IMG/VR virus record: IMGVR_UViG_3300026413_000011
Span: 62,001 to 125,376 of that record
Length of the DNA: 63,376 nucleotides
Direction: 5' to 3' (one strand)
From: an uncultured virus (IMG/VR IMGVR_UViG_3300026413_000011)
Lineage: Duplodnaviria > Heunggongvirae > Uroviricota > Caudoviricetes
In this document: in pieces, positions 58,593 to 63,376 of the stretch
Position numbering within the stretch: the first letter of the stretch is position 1
How the letters are laid out: each line of letters begins with the position of its first letter
Position numbers and translations under genes: made by a program
The notes under the pieces: model-generated
Told to the model about the DNA's origin: nothing
The model's database searches: none
The model's input: only the letters and a program-made list of their open reading frames with translations

Positions 58593-58931
58593 ATGAAACT
58601 CGCTAGCATTGCACTGACAGCTGTATTGGCTTTCGCCACTGTTGCACAAGCTGAAGTAAAACATCCTGACATCAACCCTGATGTCTTGAAAGAACTCTTC
58701 ATGACTGCTACTCTGGTGCAGTGTGACGCTAGCGGGTGCTGGGATGCTGTAACCAAAGCCGAGCATGACAAGATCCTTGATGGCGCTGGTTGGAGCGTGG
58801 TGTTTGATGACCCTACCTTGATGAAGCTCAACCTCACCCTTGAGCAACTCAACGAGTACAAACCTTACGTGATGAGCCTGATGACCGATGTTGCTGCTGA
58901 CCTCGGTGCTCCGGTAATGCGCGACCTGTAA
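58593..58931 (+). CDS. secreted/periplasmic hypothetical protein
   Basis: Sec signal peptide ending AQA. Confidence 0.7.
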   Translation: MKLASIALTAVLAFATVAQAEVKHPDINPDVLKELFMTATLVQCDASGCWDAVTKAEHDKILDGAGWSVVFDDPTLMKLNLTLEQLNEYKPYVMSLMTDVAADLGAPVMRDL

Positions 58932-58980
58932 CGACATAACGGCTCTCCTTCGGGAGAGCCTTATGCTGTATTTTTTTTTT
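58932..58980. terminator. bidirectional terminator
   Basis: GGCTCTCC-TTCG-GGAGAGCC flanked by CGACATAA and TTATGCTG plus T run. Confidence 0.8.
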
Positions 58981-60226
58981 ATCGAGCGTAGTGGTTCTTG
59001 GTCAGTACACGCAAAGTGATGTACAACATGATACCCGTACGGGTTGCAGCTAGTACAGCTTTGTTACGAACACCTGTAGCATCGGCCACAATCTTCTCAC
59101 CGACTTCACGCAGATACAACACACGTGGGTCACTGGAACGAGAAGCCATTAACTTAGAACGAACCTTCAGGATCAATCCCTCTAAGTCATTCGCACGTTG
59201 GATCTGTGTACGCTCAGATTGCATCTGATCAAACACGTACAGCAAACATTCTTCAAACATCTTATCGATGTGACCCATACGAGCTTGGGCTACGTTTCGG
59301 CAAATGTATTTCAGGGTATCTTCGAAAGGTTGTGATGGCATGGAGTCAACCATAGCTCTTTCAACAATACCTAACAGTTCAGGACGAATGAAGTTAGCTT
59401 CGTTGGTTACAACTTCTTTGCCGTATCGCAGGTAAGTAGCAAACCCAGAAGTCTTGTCTTTGAGGAATGCATCGCCATCTGTGGATAATCCCATCTCGGA
59501 AGTAGTGATGACTCGCCCACCTTCTTTGAGTACTTGGATATACACAGCGTAGATCTTGTTGATCACTTCTCGAATACGTGACTGGGTGTCAGTTACAATA
59601 CGGGTAGACCAATAATCCGTTAGGGAGTTGTTGGAACCGAAGATGTGGTCGGTGTAGTTCGTGTCAGGTCCGATGATAGACAAACACCGATCTCGAATCA
59701 ATGCGTGCCATGAACCCAGTCGACGAATGTCCCACTTGTAGTTCAACGACATGAACGTTGCTTCCGCTACTTCACGCTTAGCTGGGTATTGGAAACGACG
59801 ACTCAGCAAAGAAGTCAGGTATTTGATGTGCAGTAATGTAAACAATGCAATCATTGTTTCGTCCCGCAAGTTACCTGGGAGCTGTGTATTCATCATCAGC
59901 TTACGGCAAAGGAAAGCAGGGATGTGGTTGAATGAATCCGAGTTAACGTTGTGTGATGGATCAATCACATCTAGCTTTAGGAAATCATACTGGAGTAAGT
60001 CATCGTTTACACCGAGGACTTCATCGTACCACTGTTCGCGGTCAGTAGGATGCCAACGGATTGGGTTAACCCCTAACAGAGCCCCACCGAAAAAAGCCGA
60101 GTGGTCTGCGTTCTTGTTCATGAATCGGGTAACGAAGTTAATGACCCGCATACAAAAAGCGCGATCGAGTTTAACGTCAGCAAAATGCTTTTCTAGCAGA
60201 TCGACGATAGTGGTAGTTTCGTGCAT
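58979..60226 (-). CDS. conserved phiKZ-like core protein (probably structural)
   Basis: AAGGAG SD; FFGGALLGV motif; position downstream of tail tube. Confidence 0.7.
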   Translation of the reverse strand: MHETTTIVDLLEKHFADVKLDRAFCMRVINFVTRFMNKNADHSAFFGGALLGVNPIRWHPTDREQWYDEVLGVNDDLLQYDFLKLDVIDPSHNVNSDSFNHIPAFLCRKLMMNTQLPGNLRDETMIALFTLLHIKYLTSLLSRRFQYPAKREVAEATFMSLNYKWDIRRLGSWHALIRDRCLSIIGPDTNYTDHIFGSNNSLTDYWSTRIVTDTQSRIREVINKIYAVYIQVLKEGGRVITTSEMGLSTDGDAFLKDKTSGFATYLRYGKEVVTNEANFIRPELLGIVERAMVDSMPSQPFEDTLKYICRNVAQARMGHIDKMFEECLLYVFDQMQSERTQIQRANDLEGLILKVRSKLMASRSSDPRVLYLREVGEKIVADATGVRNKAVLAATRTGIMLYITLRVLTKNHYAR

Positions 60227-60305
60227 GGTAGTCTCCTTATACAAACCATTGGACTGCATCTAATCTCAGATCTATATCACAACTGTGTCTAATCGGGAGA
60301 ACAAA

Positions 60306-60716
60306 ATGAATAACCCTTCAGCTGAAGAATGGATCGAAGCGTGCGAGTCTGCATTGAAACAATTGGATACACCGGCTATGAAACAACGTGACGTCATCCT
60401 GGTTGGTGATCAGCCACCTGAGCTGATTGAAAATTTTACCAAGCGGCTTGAGGATCAAGGTCGTGTGATTGTGTTGGGTGGTGGTCGCATGGGTGGTCTT
60501 GGGCTGGGACTAGCTATGGAGCGATTAGCTAAAGAAGCACAATTGCTTCGTCCAATGGATCTCAATCTGCTTAACGAGTACACACGCCCTTCACTTGTAA
60601 TGAAAGAAGCAGATGAAGACCGGGTGAATGTATCTGGTAAAATGCTGGCACTGCTGCAACGAGGCGTACCCGCGCTGCGAGAAACAAAGCTGACTACGGA
60701 AGATCAACAGGGATAA
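60306..60716 (+). CDS. hypothetical early protein
   Basis: GGAG SD after TATATCAC promoter. Confidence 0.65.
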   Translation: MNNPSAEEWIEACESALKQLDTPAMKQRDVILVGDQPPELIENFTKRLEDQGRVIVLGGGRMGGLGLGLAMERLAKEAQLLRPMDLNLLNEYTRPSLVMKEADEDRVNVSGKMLALLQRGVPALRETKLTTEDQQG

Positions 60717-60774
60717 AGTACTCCCATCCATCTAGTATGTAATGCATTACACCCTTAACGAGGAACGTTTTCTG

Positions 60775-61674
60775 ATGTGCAATAACACTGATGCTCTGAA
60801 AAAACTGATTGACGAATCTCTGGTTCTGGACGGCGACACGGGTCTGACCCTGACCGGCTGGAATGAAACTGATGATACTTATGGCCGTGGTAGCATGGTT
60901 AACCGTATCACTACCTCGCATGGCATTGTGCGTGGTAAAGTAGCAATTCAACCAGGTGGCGGTAACTCTGGCCGTGACTTTGGTTTCGATCGTTACGGTA
61001 AAGAAGAATCCACTCCGCTGACCATCGATCGTGTCCGTGGTGTTCTGGTAACAGCTCTGGCTGTATCTCAAACTGAACCAGGTCGTAAGCTGGCTAGCTC
61101 GTTTGCTGGTATCATTGAAGTCCTGACTGCAAACTGTTTCCACCCTACGTCTTTCGATATCGGTATCGAAGCTGTAGAAGATCCATCGATCAACATCGTC
61201 ATGACCAACGGCATGGTAACTGTTCGTCTGGAAGGTCGTGCTATCGATGAACTGGAGCAGGAGATCCAACTGGAACTCCCAGTCAAGTATATCCTGGGTT
61301 CTGGTTTCTGCAAAGTCCTGACCGATCCCAATGGTAACAGCCGTGGTTATTCTTCCACTGGTCTTACCGTACTGGAAGATGGGAAGTGGAATCAATTGAC
61401 GGGTATCAACTCGCGTCCTTACGATAATGGCGAAACCATCGTTGTTGACCGTATCGAACCTGAGTCGGTAGTTCAACACATTGAAGAAGCTCGTCGTCCT
61501 CTGGTCCTGGCTGCTCTGAAAGAAGTCATTCGTCACCTGGAGAAACTGGGCGGTAGTGTGAACATCTACAGTGTGCACCTCTCCCATGGCGATTATCGTC
61601 GTCAACCAGCGTTGCACGTTAGCATGGCTAACGCCTCGAAACGCATTCACTACACCTTGGACTTCAAGGCGTAA
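60775..61674 (+). CDS. hypothetical protein
   Basis: GAGGA SD; promoter-like TACT-N13-TATG upstream; terminator follows. Confidence 0.75.
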   Translation: MCNNTDALKKLIDESLVLDGDTGLTLTGWNETDDTYGRGSMVNRITTSHGIVRGKVAIQPGGGNSGRDFGFDRYGKEESTPLTIDRVRGVLVTALAVSQTEPGRKLASSFAGIIEVLTANCFHPTSFDIGIEAVEDPSINIVMTNGMVTVRLEGRAIDELEQEIQLELPVKYILGSGFCKVLTDPNGNSRGYSSTGLTVLEDGKWNQLTGINSRPYDNGETIVVDRIEPESVVQHIEEARRPLVLAALKEVIRHLEKLGGSVNIYSVHLSHGDYRRQPALHVSMANASKRIHYTLDFKA

Positions 61675-61750
61675 TAAGTCGGGGGCCTTCGGGTCCCCGT
61701 CTATGCCGTTTTTCTTTTATCCTCTGTAGTTAACGAAACGGAGTGACGCA

Positions 61751-62518
61751 ATGTACAAGCGTTGTGAGAAGCCAGCACCTAATACGACAATCGATTTGAG
61801 TGTATTTGGCAATCCATGTGACATCTATCAAAATATGCTGAACCGAATCGATGCACTGCGTCGGTTACGGTCACAGTGGCCCCGTTGTGACATTGGTCGC
61901 TTCGATGTGCAATTCCAGCTTTCCGATGCAATGACTTATTACTTCACCATTTTCGACAAAGCGAATGGTGAACGGTACGAATGGTCTGTCCGTAAGGAAT
62001 ATACCAAGGAAAGCGCTGAGCACGCATTTGAGCGTGATTACAATGAATCGTCCCTACGGTACAACGCAGGTGTTCGACGTGCCTTAGACGATCATCTAGA
62101 GGCCTTGGAAGAAGAATATCCGAATGCTCATTACCGGTTGGAAGAAACTGACAACGGTTATCGAGTTTGGAGACCTATTGTTGGAGACGTTGGGGTGGTT
62201 CCATTCCAATTAGACTTCATCGGTTATCCAGGAGCAGGCATTTTCCCAGGGGAACCCCGCACCGATATTTGGGATTACATTGGTAACATCCCAGGGGAAG
62301 CTGGTCGAGCTGTAGCACGATTGGTTCGTCGGTTGATTAAACTCGGTGTTGTGTTCGATCATGTTGAACGTAATATCGTTAAGGACTATCGAGCTATTGT
62401 TTTGGAAGGTTATGCTTACCGGAACAGTGACACCCACACTAAGGTTAAGCTAACTCTCCAGGAAGTTGCATTGCTGGATCGTGAACTTGATCAATACCAC
62501 GAAATTTTCACGAGGTAA
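61751..62518 (+). CDS. hypothetical protein
   Basis: GGAG SD. Confidence 0.7.
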   Translation: MYKRCEKPAPNTTIDLSVFGNPCDIYQNMLNRIDALRRLRSQWPRCDIGRFDVQFQLSDAMTYYFTIFDKANGERYEWSVRKEYTKESAEHAFERDYNESSLRYNAGVRRALDDHLEALEEEYPNAHYRLEETDNGYRVWRPIVGDVGVVPFQLDFIGYPGAGIFPGEPRTDIWDYIGNIPGEAGRAVARLVRRLIKLGVVFDHVERNIVKDYRAIVLEGYAYRNSDTHTKVKLTLQEVALLDRELDQYHEIFTR

Positions 62519-62520
62519 TC

Positions 62521-62940
62521 ATGATTAAAATTGAAACTACCAAAGCTGCTGTAGCTACTGCTTTGGGTTTGCCACAGAATTACGCCGATGAAGTTATTCG
62601 TCGGATGTTCCTGACCAGCACTGGATTCGCTCTACCGCCAGGACTGCGTGTTAACGTAGCTGAAACAGAAGCGGAATACTCGGGCCAGATCACTTGCTCT
62701 AGTTTATTCCTAACCGTTCAGAAACGCGGCTGGGGCGATACTAAGCTCACAGACGTAGCTTCACTCCTGGAGTACATCAAAACGTCTGCAAAGGCCCTCC
62801 TAGACAGTTCTGTGTGGGATAACTACACTGGACCGAAAGCACCTGAGGCAACGGGCACTAGTTTTGATCCAGTATGGGTTCCACATTACCCACCTCAAGG
62901 CAAGTACGCTGTTTACCCACCGTCTGGTCCAGCGGAATAA
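62521..62940 (+). CDS. hypothetical protein
   Basis: GAGGT SD; terminator follows. Confidence 0.7.
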   Translation: MIKIETTKAAVATALGLPQNYADEVIRRMFLTSTGFALPPGLRVNVAETEAEYSGQITCSSLFLTVQKRGWGDTKLTDVASLLEYIKTSAKALLDSSVWDNYTGPKAPEATGTSFDPVWVPHYPPQGKYAVYPPSGPAE

Positions 62941-63036
62941 AACGCCTCCCTTCGGGGAGGCTTTATGCCGTTTCCATTAAATTTCAAATCTATATTACTA
63001 TTTCGATAATCCACCCGTAAAAAAGGACAGCACTAG

Positions 63037-63376
63037 ATGGATGCAGTAGAGAGAATTAATTTTCAAGATTTAATCTCGCGGGGTGCAACCGAAGAGATGA
63101 TCGATCTGGCAGGGCAACAGTATTACGATGATCCCACTATCGTTAATGATCAAGTAATGGTTCCATGGACTTACCGTCTTGACACACGGAAGATCTTTGG
63201 TGGCCGTATGCTGCATGTTAGTGCACGCGGTAAGAACATCGTAAACTTCATGCACCGTAAAGATGAACCAATGTCTTCAGCCGATGTGCATGCTGAACTG
63301 GCGAAGTGGTTGGTGACACAAGCACACAAACATCATCCTGCATTGAGCGGGGCTAATCACATGCTGATGGATGCAT
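63037..63376 (+). CDS. hypothetical early protein, truncated by window end
   Basis: AAGGA SD after TATATTAC promoter; frame open to the end. Confidence 0.65.
   Translation, partial: MDAVERINFQDLISRGATEEMIDLAGQQYYDDPTIVNDQVMVPWTYRLDTRKIFGGRMLHVSARGKNIVNFMHRKDEPMSSADVHAELAKWLVTQAHKHHPALSGANHMLMDA

Overview
A 63 kb segment of a phiKZ-related (Chimalliviridae-like) jumbo phage genome, probably Pseudomonas-infecting (inferred from gene content and order, not a search). (1) 1-19.9 kb: dense + strand small hypothetical genes behind phiKZ-type TATATTAC early promoters, with Ig-like, GIY-YIG-like, DUF4262-like and HslV/Ntn-like genes. (2) 20-36.2 kb, mostly - strand: an RNA-centred accessory island with RtcB, a 2OG-Fe(II) oxygenase, an RlmN-like radical SAM enzyme, 12 tRNAs in three transcription units, several ORF-free structured RNA candidates, a five-paralog micro-protein array and a family of 'M(F/W)EQLL'-tagged kelch/lectin proteins. 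(3) 36.2-63.4 kb: core genes (repeat head protein with a GGGAAAG -1 frameshift site, class I RNR beta/alpha, DHFR, large terminase, baseplate-region proteins, tail sheath, tail tube). Most striking candidates: a self-standing ~270-nt multi-pseudoknotted RNA between RlmN and RtcB, a ~750-nt structured RNA between tRNA-Trp and tRNA-Leu, a circularly permuted (YrlA-like) tRNA mimic, a tRNA-Cys with a long variable arm, the paralog array and the putative programmed frameshift. All helices were found by eye; no folding or database search was run.
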